Shown in pieces: positions 1 to 16,339 of a stretch of DNA of 64,000 bases. Position 1 is the stretch's first letter. Every line of letters starts with the position of its first letter. A program made the translations under genes and the position numbers. This stretch comes from the human T2T-CHM13v2.0 reference genome, Homo sapiens, in NCBI RefSeq assembly GCF_009914755.1, contig NC_060944.1, one strand, 5' to 3'. The notes under the pieces are model-generated. The model was not told the DNA's origin. It worked only from the letters and a program-made list of their open reading frames with translations, and did no database searches.

Positions 1-1099
1 TCTTGACTCACTTAATCCTTCGCCATGTTGCTGTCAGCTCACCAACTAAGAGTGCGAGTGTGTCTTGCTGGGCCCATTTTCCCATGGTCTGTAGAAGGCG
101 CTGTGAAGCACATCCTGTTCTAGCTCGGGGGCCCTTCCCCCCTCTGCAGCCTTACCCAGTGCAGAGAATGCGCCCCCTACTGACTCCAACACTCATCGCC
201 TTTAGCCGACTTGGCTGCGGTGCATTTTGGGTGGGGGCTGGTATTTTCTCCATGGCCATAAACCAGAAGCAACAATGCAGATTTCTAAAGAAACTGTATC
301 AAGCTATCCAAGAGATTTTTTTTTTTTCATTCTGAAGGTTCAAGATACAGGCACAAGAAGCATCAGGGATGGGAACTGGGTGTGTGGGGATGGACATCAT
401 TAACATGACAAACACAGAAACAGTTTGGTTCTTTTTCCCTCCTAAGCCTTTGTCTGTGAAATGGGGTTATGGCAAGAAGTGTCCAGAGTAACTGGTAAAT
501 TCAAGAAGATTAAGAAGACTTCGTGTGTGGGGGGTGTGTGTGTGTGGCTAAAAAGGATATCAGACCTAGAGTCTTGGTCTTGGGCAGAAGAGGAAGAGAA
601 GCAATCGCGCCTTTTCCAGCAGACAGGGATCAAGGTTGGGGGGGAGGGGAAGGCAGGCAGGCCTCCCAGAGGAAAGAAGAGGTGAATACGAGTGTGTTCA
701 CAAAACTACTCCCCATTCATTACATTAAAAAAAAATCTTTTTGCAGCTCTCTGGATTTCCATTTTCTACCACCTTACTGCAAAGTTGGGGCTCAGAATGT
801 TCGAAAGAGGTGCTGACCAGGCAGCTGAGATTGGGGAAAAGGGATGGTGGTGAACTGTGGTCAGGATAAGAGGAAAGCTGGCAGGTTGGGGAAGAAGGAT
901 TGCACAGGGGAGGCAAAGACTCACTCCATGCCATGCATGCTCCCCGCCCCCCCCAACCCCGTCCCCCCTCCCCCAGGTAAGGGTGGGCAGACCTGGCAGA
1001 AGGCTGGTTCAAGGCATGGGGGTGTGCGTGGGGGGGCTCCTTTTGGGGGTGGGGGGCGGACGGGATTAGTTCCAGGGATGGGAGAAGCTCGGTTCTGGC

Positions 1100-2720
1100 T
1101 GGGGGAGATGCCCTTAGCTGCAAAAGCTCCGGGCGGCCAGGCAGAGTGCTGGCCTCGGTGGGCTCACAGGGCGGAGAAGGGGGTCGGGCTGCAGGAGGAG
1201 GCGCCTGGACCTCCGGAGCAGAGTCGGGTAGCGGTCCGTGCCGGGACGGGGGACCCGTCGGCGCCGGGGTGTGCAAAGGAGCGTGTGTGCGGCTGGAGGG
1301 CGGCGATGCGAACAACAATGCGCCCGCGCCCGGGGCCAGGCTGCACTGGCGGCCGCGCGGGCCGGGGTCGGGAAGCCAGGCAGGGCAGGGCCGCGGGTCC
1401 GCGCGCGGCGGCGCCGGGCTTACCTTGACTCGGCCTCGAGGCGCGCGCGGGGCCGGCGTGCTCGGGGGCCGGACAGCGGCGGCGGCGGCGGGCGGATGGC
1501 GGCGGCACGGCGGTGGCGGCAGCGGGGAGGGCGCGCCCGGGGCCTCGTCGCGCTCCGGCTCGGCGGACTCCGGCTCGCGCCGCGGCCGCGGGTGCTGCCG
1601 GGGGGCGCGGCGGGCGCAGCAGAGCGGCGGGCGGCGGCGGCGTCGTCGAGCGGTGCAGACAAAGGAGGGGCGGAGGGAGGAGACGGAGGGTGTGGGAGAG
1701 GCGGCTTCACCGGCGCGGGCGGCGGCGGCCGCGCTCCTCTCGCTCCTCAGCAGCGGGGACCGAGAGAGGGAGCTGTGTCTGAGAAGACGCCAAAATCCCC
1801 CTTAGCGCTGCCTGCGGGAGGGGGAGGGGGCACAAGATGGCGGCGGCCGGGGGGGGGGGGGGCGGGAGTTCAGCTCATGGATCCCGGCGGGCGGCGGAGG
1901 GGAGACCGGGCCGGCGGAGGCGGCGGCGGCAACGGGCGGGGGAGGGGGCTGATCCCGCGTCTCCCCTCAGCAGACAATACAAGCGCCTCGGACCGAGTCC
2001 CCGAACCTGCCCTAGCCAAAATGGCGGCCGAGAAAGAGCGGAAGTGACGTAAGTGCCTCATTAGCATAAGAGGACTCATTGTCCAGCTAAATAGGGGGGG
2101 GCAGTGGGGACAGCACCCCTAACCCCCTTTTCCCCAGGGGGGGTTCCTCTTACTCCCACCCCTGCTTGCACCTAACTTTTCCTGAGGGAGGGTGCTCTCA
2201 GCACCCCCACCCCCGCTTGAGGGAAATTATATAATCCCCACTGAGGGGGGAGCTCTCGCGAGAACCAGGCGGATTTGCCATTGACCCACTAGGAGGCGCC
2301 GCGGATAATGGCCGCAGTGCGCTCCCGGGGCCCGTGTGCTCGGCGGGCGCCTTCCTCTGGCCGCAGCGCCGGCGGCGGAGGCAGAAGCAGCGGGCCGCAG
2401 CACGCCCAGCACTCAGTCAGGTGGCCGTGCTGGGGATCCCTGCGCGGGCCCAGCTGGGCCTGGACTACATCTGGCGGGAGGGGTGTGCGGGGCGGCCTGG
2501 GGCGGCTCCACGTGCTCAGATGCCCGCGCTTCCACGGCTGAGAAGCGGCGGGAAGGCGCCGGGACACCTGGCCGGTCGCCCCTGACGCCTCCTGCCTTAA
2601 ATGAGGTGTGAGGGCCTCGTGCTTCACACAGCGACTTGAGATGAGACACAACCCCATGGATGCCTTAGCCCTTCCTGGTGGGGTATTCGGTGCAGAGGGG
2701 CCGAGATTTTATTAAGGTCC
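1100..2720. promoter_or_regulatory. CpG island / ADNP and ADNP-AS1 promoter region
   Basis: Very high GC and CpG density; YY1 motifs AAGATGGCGGC 1834-1844 and AAAATGGCGGC 2018-2028; ETS-CRE composite CGGAAGTGACGT 2039-2050; TCTCGCGAGA palindrome (BANP/ZBTB33 motif) 2254-2263; CTCF-like CCACTAGGAGGCGCC 2286-2300. Confidence 0.9.
1424..2036 (-). other. ADNP: ADNP non-coding exon 1 (5' UTR); rest of gene lies left of the window
   Basis: GC/CCG-rich segment ending in a consensus minus-strand donor AAG|GTAAGC (plus strand cttac at 1419-1423); YY1/ETS promoter motifs at the right end; position just 3' of DPM1 matches the known ADNP-DPM1-MOCS3 gene order. TSS approximate. Confidence 0.8.
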
Positions 2721-4299
2721 GCCGTTACCCTGTGACTTGACATTCTTCCCAGTCACAGTGATGGACTCTTCTCTGACCTGAATAAAAAAAAAAATGGGAA
2801 TCCTAGTGCCTTGAGGCCACCCAACTGGTGAAACTTAAGGATGAGAAGTGATGTTGCCAATAGGGGCATTGGCTCTCTGCAAGATCCTTAAACAACACAC
2901 TTTGTAGTCCTAGGGACATAGCTTTTGGTGCTCCCACAATCTGGGTAGCATAAGACAGCACATGGTTGCTTTGTAAATTTAGGTCAATCCCAACCAATAC
3001 ATTATCTCCTCAACATTTTTGAACCAACCTTTTAAAGTAGGTTGTTCAAAGTAACATTATGATTTAAAGTATCATTGGTTGGTTAAATGTATTGACAAGT
3101 AATAGATGTCAATAGTGAGGAATTAACCAAGCCTGTTTCCTTAATATGTGATCTTTAGGTAAATACACCTGTCTTTTGCTGTTTCTTTACATTTCAAGTT
3201 AACATAGTTTCAAGCCATACTTAACATCCGAAAATAATCTGAGTTCGCTGCAAGTAGTATAAATTGTGGTTACACATAGCTGTTCAACATCTAAGACTTC
3301 AGTTAGCCCTGTTTAACAAACTTTTATACAACACATTTCTGCAATTGTGATAAAATGTATCTTTAAAAGCCAAGTCAGTATTTCAAGGGAAAACAGCTGA
3401 AAAAAGTCGTGGAAAAAGGGGTTGGGGCAAAGCATTTGATTCAGAAAACTAAAGAATCTAATTACACACTGCAGAAGACAGATAAAAACTAATATGAAAT
3501 AAGCAAAGTAAGTTTAAGTTTAGTTTTTCTTAGATATACTTAGATTCCATATAGTGATAATACAAATACAAGGGAAAACATCTGGATTTCATCTTTGGCC
3601 TCATTTACAAAGCAAAATGGGATGCTGGATTCAGATGTAAATATTTAATTTTACAGTGTTTAAGCACCAGATTTACTACAAAAATGCATCTAAATATTCC
3701 AGATTCTTTTCTAAATGACTTCCAAATGCTATGAGTCTTCACTGCTCAAATACTCTATGGTAAATTCCAAGAGTGACAGTGTTGTGATAATGATTGTGTG
3801 AATAACTAAAAAGATTTAAAAGGCAAACATTATCTACTCTAGTGAGTATCTGAGAAGGCAGTACTATCTATATTAGGTTCTCTAAGGTTGTTACTTAATT
3901 TCTGCTCCACATACTTGACACTGAGAACTCAACTTTGAGTTTAGGTTAAGAAAAAATAAATTCTAACCACTCCAAAAAAACTGAGAATATTACATTTCTA
4001 TTATCTTAGCTTAAAACTAATTTCACATCAAGCACTGATGAATTTTCTTCTTGTTATGAATGAGAGAAGTTTCTTCCCTAAGGAAAGCAGTTCCCTCACT
4101 GGCCAGCTGGACAGTTCTGGACATAAGGGAAACAGAACAAGAGTGGCCCTTATTGGAATGTGTACTATGGGTTCAACTATAGAAGCGTGGGAGGGGGTGG
4201 TTTTAATGTTCGAAATGACACCACAGGTTTTATAGTCTGGGATTCATTTCTGGTAGAATCTGTCAGAGAGAAATGCAAATGAAAAATCAGATTTTCATT

Positions 4300-4581
4300 T
4301 TTTTTTCTTTTAAAAAAGACAGGGTCTCACTCTGTTGTCCAGGCATGATCACAGCTCACTGCAGCCTTGACCTCCCAGACTCAAGTGAACCTCCCACCTC
4401 AGCCTCCCAAGTAGCTGGGACCACAGGTGAGTGCCACCACACCCAGCTTTTTTTATATTTTTGTAGAGACAGGATCTCCCTATGTTCCCTAGGCTGGTCT
4501 CAAATGCCTGTGCTCAAGCCATCCTCTTGCCTTGGCCTCCCAAAGTGCTGGGATTATAGACATGGGCCATTGTGCTGGGCC
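4300..4581 (-). mobile_element. Alu (J-like)
   Basis: Poly-T followed by reverse-complement Alu dimer. Confidence 0.9.
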
Positions 4582-5465
4582 TCAATTTCTTCAGCAGCCA
4601 AGTTAAGCCAGGAAAATGTAGTAATTAGGAATACTGTTCAATAAATAATTTAGAGACACCTCTTACTTTTATTTCCAGAAGAAAGTCAACTTAAACTTAC
4701 TTGCTCAAAGCATGCCCTTACTCAAATTTTAAAAGATACTACATGACCATAACCTATGCTACAGTTAGAAATTAACTGATCTCTTCTGAAATACCTACTT
4801 TAGAGAAAGTGGGTAAACATAATATTTGCCCTGGCTTTATTGGATAGCTTAGCCCAAATTTTAACTGGCAGAACACTTTTCTAAATGGAGAGAAGAGCTT
4901 AAGGCAGAGATTTTTCAAATTAGTAGGGATGTGAGCTTTGCTGAGGGTCTTTAAATAATATGAAAACAAGTCTTTTGAGAAAAAAATTGTTATATAATTC
5001 AGTAAGATGTTTAAAAATTACTGTAGCAGCTAAGTTTCTGCCTCAGTGTCATTAATATTTTTCCTTACTGATAGAGGTTATTGCTCAAAAGAGAAAAAAA
5101 CGGCTATGTAATCAACTGCTGTCAAATTGTTTCCCAATTCACAATATGCATTTTAAATAGACCTGCTTTGATAGATGAAATGTTTCATCAATTCAACAGC
5201 TGAAAAGAACCGAACTGTAAATGCCTGCTCTAAATGTATTTTCTAGTTTAAGAAATTTGAGATACATTTTTAAGGAAAGGGCAGAGGTGTGTATTTCTTT
5301 TTCAATTCATACAGACACAGCCATAAACATTTCATCAGTTAACATTATCTTACTTCTGAGATCAATTAGGTATAAAGATCTATGATTCCAGTTTTTAAAA
5401 AGACTATTTCAAATTATTCCCCATGTAAAAAATTCTACATTCACATACTCTAATGAAGGCAGCAA

Positions 5466-5730
5466 TACTTTATGCAAAAAAAAATATACATTTATTTATA
5501 GGTCTCAATACAGCAAAATGAAAACGAAAATTGAGAACATTGCTCATTAGGCCAGCAACTTTAAAATTATTTAATTTGAAATATAAAATAGGTGGTCTTC
5601 ATAAAAAGATGCATGAAATTTACCTTACCTTATATTTTATACTTTAAGAGTACATTTTATACAAATCAGTAACCAGGCTTCTTTCATGTTTAACCTGAAA
5701 TGAACGTAACTATAAATGAGTATCTTTCTT
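5466..5730 (-). other. DPM1: DPM1 3' UTR with polyadenylation signal
   Basis: Follows the TAA stop; minus-strand AATAAA (plus tttatt) at 5491-5496; cleavage site approximate. Confidence 0.8.
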
Positions 5731-5835
<105 letters not shown>

Positions 5836-6737
5836 CTAGTTTAAAAAAAAAAAAGTAACGTTAGTCTTTAAAAACAATTAGGCAGCTTAGCCGGTATACC
5901 ACATTACCAACACAACAGAAATAGGATTAGTCCTACAACAGAGGTCCTTAAAGTAAGTATAAAATTAGGGGATTATGAAAGCAACTGTGTGTATCTCCAA
6001 GTCTTTAAAATTAAACATGCATTATCTAAAGATAGGTCACATGAAACAAATCTGCAACTGTTTAAAAAGCACTGATTCTAGGTATTACCTTGGTTTACTC
6101 AAGTTTCAGTTTGCATTTCAAGGAAAAATTATACTCCAAAAGTAAAATGGCCTTGTGCGTAGATTTTTCACTTGTCAAATTTAGCTACAATGGTTTAGCA
6201 TTAAGTAAAATAGCTTGTAACTTCCACAAGAGAAGTGACATTCCATAGCTATTTTCTTGCTCTGAATAAGAGTTTTACTATTAAATGAGGAGAGTCTTCC
6301 CTACCCTAAGAGCTCACTAACGAGCCCTAAATATTACAGATCACCACCTCCTTGCTCTGTAATTCCTGGTCTTCTCTTACTAACAGGAAATGGACATATG
6401 GAACTCATCATTCATTTTAAAGTATGGTGGCCATTGGCGGTGACAAAAGGAAAAGAAGCAAAGAGACTCAGTCCATAATGCTGATTAGTTAGAAGAAAGG
6501 GCTAGGATTGAGAAAGTACCAGGAACTTTTAATTATTTAAAAGAGAATGCTGACTGTTAATGTTTTAAATCTTACTGTTCAAATGTACTAATATGAATTT
6601 TTACCCTTTGTGCATGAATATTCTAAACAACTAGAAGACCTCCACAATTTAGCAGTTATGAAAGTTAAACTTTTTATTATAAAAATTCTAAACCTTACTG
6701 CTCCTTTACCAGGAACATGACACACTATTTAGCATCA

Positions 6738-6884
<147 letters not shown>

Positions 6885-8214
6885 TCAACTTCTGGATAAA
6901 TACACATGCCTATGTATCCTGACCTTTCAAAGAGTTCACTGGTATGTATAAAGCCTAAAACTTTCACTGGCCATTGGTAAACAGAAAAGCTCGCACACTT
7001 GATGATTATGATACATTTGTCCTAAGCAAGAAAGGCCATTAAATATTTGCTAAATAACTTAGAATAATTGTGAAAATGAATTCTCAGTTATCTTTTTATA
7101 GAATTATTTTCCCACCATACTATCAGAAATTAGTGAAATACGGTAAAATGAATCATTTGATGCAGAACCATCCATTATTTAAGATTTCCCTAAAATTTAA
7201 AGTTGAAAGAAACTGTTCCAAATATTGAACAACAGGGTGGACAGATGATCATGAAGCAACTATATATGTTAGATGACAAGAAAGAACCTCATAATTCACA
7301 GTCATTTTCCAATAAATGTTTATGATGAGTTTTGATTTCTCATGATTTCCTTTATAAATTCCCCAGGATAAACTAAGTTGCTCTAGGATGAGCTTGGGAA
7401 GCTAGGTTAAAACAGGAACGAGGCATCACAGGATAGAAACAATCCTGGTGGGATTCACCTATCACCAGTTGAGGTCACAGTTAGACACTTAACAGTGGGT
7501 GAATGTGCAGCCTAACTTTAGATGGACTGCAGGCCAAACACCAGATTTACAAAGACAGCGGAGTTGGGCAGTCCAGTGGGTAGACCCAAGCACTTTCTTC
7601 AGTAACTAAATAGCAGGGAGCTCCGTATTTTCAGAGTCACACTTTTTTTTTTTTTTTTTTAAAGATCAGTGTCTCAGTTCATAGGGAGGCAGCAATTTCT
7701 ACCTTTTTTTGTGGGGAGAGGGGAGAAAGCAAGAAGAGGCAGTTTGGTGTAACTTTGTTCTCTTCAAAGTTAAGGCCATCTGGACCTACTGTGCCTCAGG
7801 GTTTCACCCTGAATCCACATTTTTTTCCCCTCAGACTTCTAAGGCGACCTTATCTTTTGACTATGAAGTGGGTATAGGACAGCACAGCCCTTAGAAAAAC
7901 CTGACAGCTTAGTGTGTGCAATCCTTTATCCACATAGTTTCCTTAAGGATTCAAAGGAATCAATTTGGAATAAATATGGAGAGAGGAGAATCTGATGGTA
8001 GCAATATTTATTCAATAATAAATATTTATTGACCAATGTACTGGGTTTCAGGTTTTTTTTTTATGTTTTGGGGTTAAGAAGTGAACTTAAAAACTCAATG
8101 AAGATATATAATATGTCAGATGCTGTTAGGGGAGGGAGCACTGGGATTGTGGGGTGGGAAGAACTATGATACTGATGGGACTATGTTTCCACATTACCTT
8201 TATTTATATATTTG

Positions 8215-8577
8215 TATTTTTGGAGACAAGGTCTCACTCTGTTGCCCAGAGTACAGTGGCACAACCATGGCTCACTGCAGTCTCAACTTTCCAGGCTCAA
8301 AAGATCCTCCTACCTTAGCCTCCCAAGTAGCTGAGACTACAGGCATGTGCCACCATGCCAGGCTAAGCAAGAAAGGCCATTAAATAATTGCTAAATAACT
8401 TAGAATAACTTTTAAAGTTATTATTATTATTATTATTTTTATTTTTTTAGTTTTTGTAGAGACGGAGACTCACTATGTTGCCAGAGCTGGGGTCTTAAAC
8501 TCCTGGGCTCAAGATATCCTCCATCACTGGCCTCCCAAAAGTGCTGGGATTATAGGTGTGAGCCACCACATCCAGCC
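8215..8577 (-). mobile_element. AluJ interrupted by a 46-bp non-Alu insert and (TTA)n
   Basis: Right arm 8215-8365, insert 8363-8408, left arm to 8577. Confidence 0.85.
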
Positions 8578-8967
8578 AGCATTACCTTTAAAATTGGGAT
8601 TAGGCTATGAAATATTTCCTCTCTTTAAGAGTTGCTTTATTCCCCTTAAGAATCATTTTCTAAGATATTTCTTTTCACTGCCACCTCCTTCCTCCCCATC
8701 CACATGGTAACTTTAACACTGTGGCTAGTAAAATAAAATGTTACATGAAGCCATATAATCCCATAAATGCGATTAGGATCCAGGTGGTCTATGCTATTAA
8801 ATGGCTTTATATTGACTGTAGCCTTTCCAGGATTCCTTTTCTTATTTTGTAAAAAGCACCTTCTTCCTAAATCTAGGGATTTAATGACAAAAATGGGCTT
8901 TGTCTAGCGACAAATGAACTTTAATGCATGTATTTAAGAAACCACCACTCTTATGAGAAGACAATGA

Positions 8968-10510
<1,543 letters not shown>

Positions 10511-10683
10511 CCAGCCAACGCCCATCCGCAATCAGAGATCTTAATCATATCACAAATGACTCTTTAGCCTTAGGGTATAGCCTCCCCTCTCTTTCATCCC
10601 CAAGTTCAGCTCTCCAGTCTATTTGCATTTTAGTTCTAGAGAGGCTTCATTTTTCTTTTTGACTGTCAACAGCCAGGTCCTAA

Positions 10684-10685
<2 letters not shown>

Positions 10686-10724
<39 letters not shown>
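10686..10724. repeat. (TG)n microsatellite
   Basis: Perfect dinucleotide run. Confidence 0.97.
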
Positions 10725-10725
<1 letters not shown>

Positions 10726-11321
10726 AATTCTCACATTTAAGGACCTAGATTTTCCTGCATTAAGCAAAGGACCCAAGAATCAACATTATTTAGTGGAAAA
10801 AAGTATCAACTAGTAGAAATTATTAAGTAATGTTTGGGGGGCTTGGGGGTCACTAAAGTAGATGCAGGGGCATTTTATAGTTTCAGAGATTAAAAAAAAA
10901 AATCTGGCAAGTTTTGTCATTTGCCATGGTCAGTCACACAAAGCAGCTCACATCTACTACAGCAAATCTAGACCACCACCCCATACACCCAGAAACAGAC
11001 ACGCAAAACTCAGAGGGACCGAAGCTTTGTCCAAATTGAACAACAAAAATTTCCTCAAACATATGGAGAACAAGGTAACTGAGAGAGCTCTATATAAATA
11101 TTAAAGAGTTTAACCTTTTCTGTAGACAATGCTGTAGGTATTCATATGAAATGCAGAAAATTAAGTACATGCTATTCTTTGGAACAGATTATCAGTAATA
11201 GCAACATTCCAAAGAGCAGTTGAGCCTTAATACTAATGTTAACAAGCACACAAACCTAACTGCCTTCAGCTTTTTAAAGGAAAAGCACAATATGTCTCCT
11301 TGAGATGTTTAGGCTTCATTA

Positions 11322-11573
<252 letters not shown>

Positions 11574-11703
11574 TTATAAACAAGAGAAACACATCGAAGA
11601 ACAGTGTTAAAATGCTATACTAATTTCATAAATGTAACATTAATTTCATAAAAATGTTATTTATCTAGAACAAAATAGAAATTTTTAGTCAATGAAAGGA
11701 GAC

Positions 11704-11808
11704 CTGGCTAGGCGCGGTGGCTCACACCTGTAATCCCAGGAGGCCAAGATGGCTGGATCACTTGAGCCCAGGAGTGACCAGCCTGGGCAACATGGCAAAA
11801 CTCCATCA
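11704..11808 (-). CDS. DPM1: DPM1 Alu-derived alternative cassette exon (81 nt to donor at 11728 or 105 nt to donor at 11704), in frame
   Basis: T-tract+gtag|TGATGG acceptor at 11809/11808; donors CAG|gtgtga (11728/11727) and CAG|gtctcc (11704/11703); both lengths are multiples of 3 and stop-free in the DPM1 frame. Confidence 0.6.
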
Positions 11809-11823
11809 CTACAAAAAAAAAAG

Positions 11824-11867
<44 letters not shown>

Positions 11868-12258
11868 ATACATTCATATAATATATATACACATTCATAT
11901 AATATGTATATTCATATTATATATTCATATATATTCGTATTATATATATTCATATACATATATATTCATATTATATATATTCATATATATATTCATATTA
12001 TATATATATATTCATATTATATATATTAGCTGGGCATGGTGGTACGTGCCTGCAGTCCCAGCTACTGGGAAGCTGAGGCAGGCAGATCACCTGAGCTCAG
12101 GAGTTCGAGGGCAACCTGGGCCACATGGTGAAACCCCATCTCTATGAAACAAAAATTAGCCAGGCATGGTGGTGCAGGTCCACAGTCCCAGCTACTCGGG
12201 AGGCTGAGACAGGAGAATTGCTTGAGCCCGGGAGGCAGAGGTTGCAGTGAGTTAAGAC
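11706..12258 (+). mobile_element. Alu fragments interrupted by (TA)n/(ATTCATAT)-type AT-rich repeat 11823-12026
   Basis: Alu left arm, A-tract, ~200 bp TA-rich low complexity, then further Alu sequence. Confidence 0.85.
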
Positions 12259-12626
12259 TTTAACCCAGGTCTGTCTGAAATCAATCTTAATTAAAATTAC
12301 ACTATAATTATGGGGAGAAACCCTACATATTTAGACCAAAAGTATAGAACAGGTCACATAAATTAAAACTGAAGGTCCAGTACAGTAACTTTTGCTGAAT
12401 GAGACCATTTCTACCAAAGGTCCAAAGGTTTATGCTGATTTTTCCTTAATAAAAAACATCCAGGCTCTAATCACAGGAAAAACTGTAAGAAACTATCTGG
12501 GAGTATTTACTGGAAGTTATAACCTGATCCCACAAATCCCGGGCAGCATGATAGCTAATCCAAATACTTGCTATGAATACATTTCCAGTAGTTATACTAA
12601 TAAAGAAGTTGTAACACATGTACCTA

Positions 12627-12746
<120 letters not shown>

Positions 12747-12822
12747 TTAGAAAAAGCCACTGAGCTTTCAACAGTCATTTTCATGAGCTACACAAACAAA
12801 ACTTTTAAGAGAAGTCGACACA

Positions 12823-14636
<1,814 letters not shown>

Positions 14637-15880
14637 AAGCCTGAGTATTTTTAATTCTAACACATATTTTCCCAAATTTGAACACATATTTTCCAAAAGG
14701 GTTATAGCAACTTATACTTCCTTCAGCAATATTTGTGTGTCCATTTTTTACCATCTTATTGGTACTGGATATTACTACTGCTCTAAAAGTTTTTAACTTT
14801 GTTAAACTAATGGATAATAAAATGGTCACACACAGTTATTTTGTGTTTATTTCCTTGACTACATCCCAGGAAGAACGTCTTCTTTTATTAGCCATTTGGA
14901 TTTCTTCTATAGATGGTCTGTTTGTATCTTTTTGCCCATTTTCTACTCTACAGGTTAAAGAGGCTTTTGTATACTGGAGATATAACCAAAAAAGGTCTAA
15001 GGTGACTTTACGCAGAGATTGAAGGATGAGCAGCAGATGGTCATCAAGGAGCATGGAAACAGCATTTCAGGCAAAGGAAAATGGAACTCTGTGAACTCAG
15101 AAGCATGCTATGGCATGGAAAGCAAAAAGGAAGGAGCACAAGGCAGAGGTCAGAAAGGGAGGCAGGGGCCAACAAACACATAGGGGCTTGAGGGACAAGG
15201 GAAGGAACTTGGATTTTTCCCTAGATGTTAGTGGGAACTCCCTGAACTCCCTGAACTGGAGGGACAATAATCTGATTCTGTTTTTATGTATCTAGCTTAA
15301 ACTCAGAACAGCTTCCAAAATCTTATTCACAGAGGTTTTGTGGTCTTTTGGGCTAAGAATTTAATTATATTGCCTACAAACAAATATAACTGTGTATATT
15401 TTACTAACATTTAACTAAATTCTTATCTTACTGTATTAACATTTCCATGTTTAATGATAGCTAGCATGCCTGTATTAATGCATGTATTGGAAATGATTCA
15501 GCATTTCACTATTTGGTGTGGTATTTGTATTAGGACTGGGTTATTTTTATTATGCTTAAGAGGTTTCCTTCTATTCTTAAAGTTTTAACTAGAAAATGGT
15601 AGTAAATAATATCTCCTTTAGCATCTACAGACTTAACCACACTACTTTGTTAACATAATGAATGAATTATAAGTGATTACCAATAATGAGCCATTCTGGC
15701 ATTCCTGGAATAAACCCTTTTGTTCACGGTGTTTTATTCTAATAACTCAAGGCTTAATTCCATTTATCAGAGAAGCCATCTTCCACCTTTTTCTGTGGTC
15801 TGAAAGAATTCAGATAACGAACTACCTGTTGATTTGCTCCTCAGGACTCCTAAAATACATCATTTAGTCTCAAATGTGTG

Positions 15881-15882
<2 letters not shown>

Positions 15883-15926
<44 letters not shown>
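15883..15926. repeat. (TG)n microsatellite followed by AluJ (-) 15948-16210
   Basis: Perfect dinucleotide run; Alu sequence follows. Confidence 0.95.
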
Positions 15927-15927
<1 letters not shown>

Positions 15928-16339
15928 TACTATCTATACAGATAAATATTTTAGAGACAAGGTCTCACTCTGTCTCAGGGTCACCAAGACTAGAATGGAG
16001 AGGCATGATCATAGCTCACTGCAGCCTTGAAGTCCTGGGCTCATGTCATCCTCCCACCTGAGCCGCCTGAGTAGCTGGGACTACAGGCGCATGCCATTGT
16101 GTCTGGCTAATTTTTGTTATTTTTTTTGTAGAGACAAGTACTTGTTTTGTTGCCCAGGCTGGTCTCAAACTGCTGACTTCAAGCAACCCTCCTACCCTGA
16201 CTTCCCAAACTTTGTTTATATTTTTGATAGAAAAAATAGTATGTGTATTTTTGATTAATAAAAAATGAAAATAAGCCCAAAACCAGTAAGATAAATGTTT
16301 CCAGTCATATTTCTTTCAAATATTAGAAATAGTACCTAC

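Noticed and set aside
725-2657. Many overlapping 100-270 aa ORFs on both strands
   Set aside because: Gly/Ala/Arg/Pro-rich products expected from a stop-poor CpG island.
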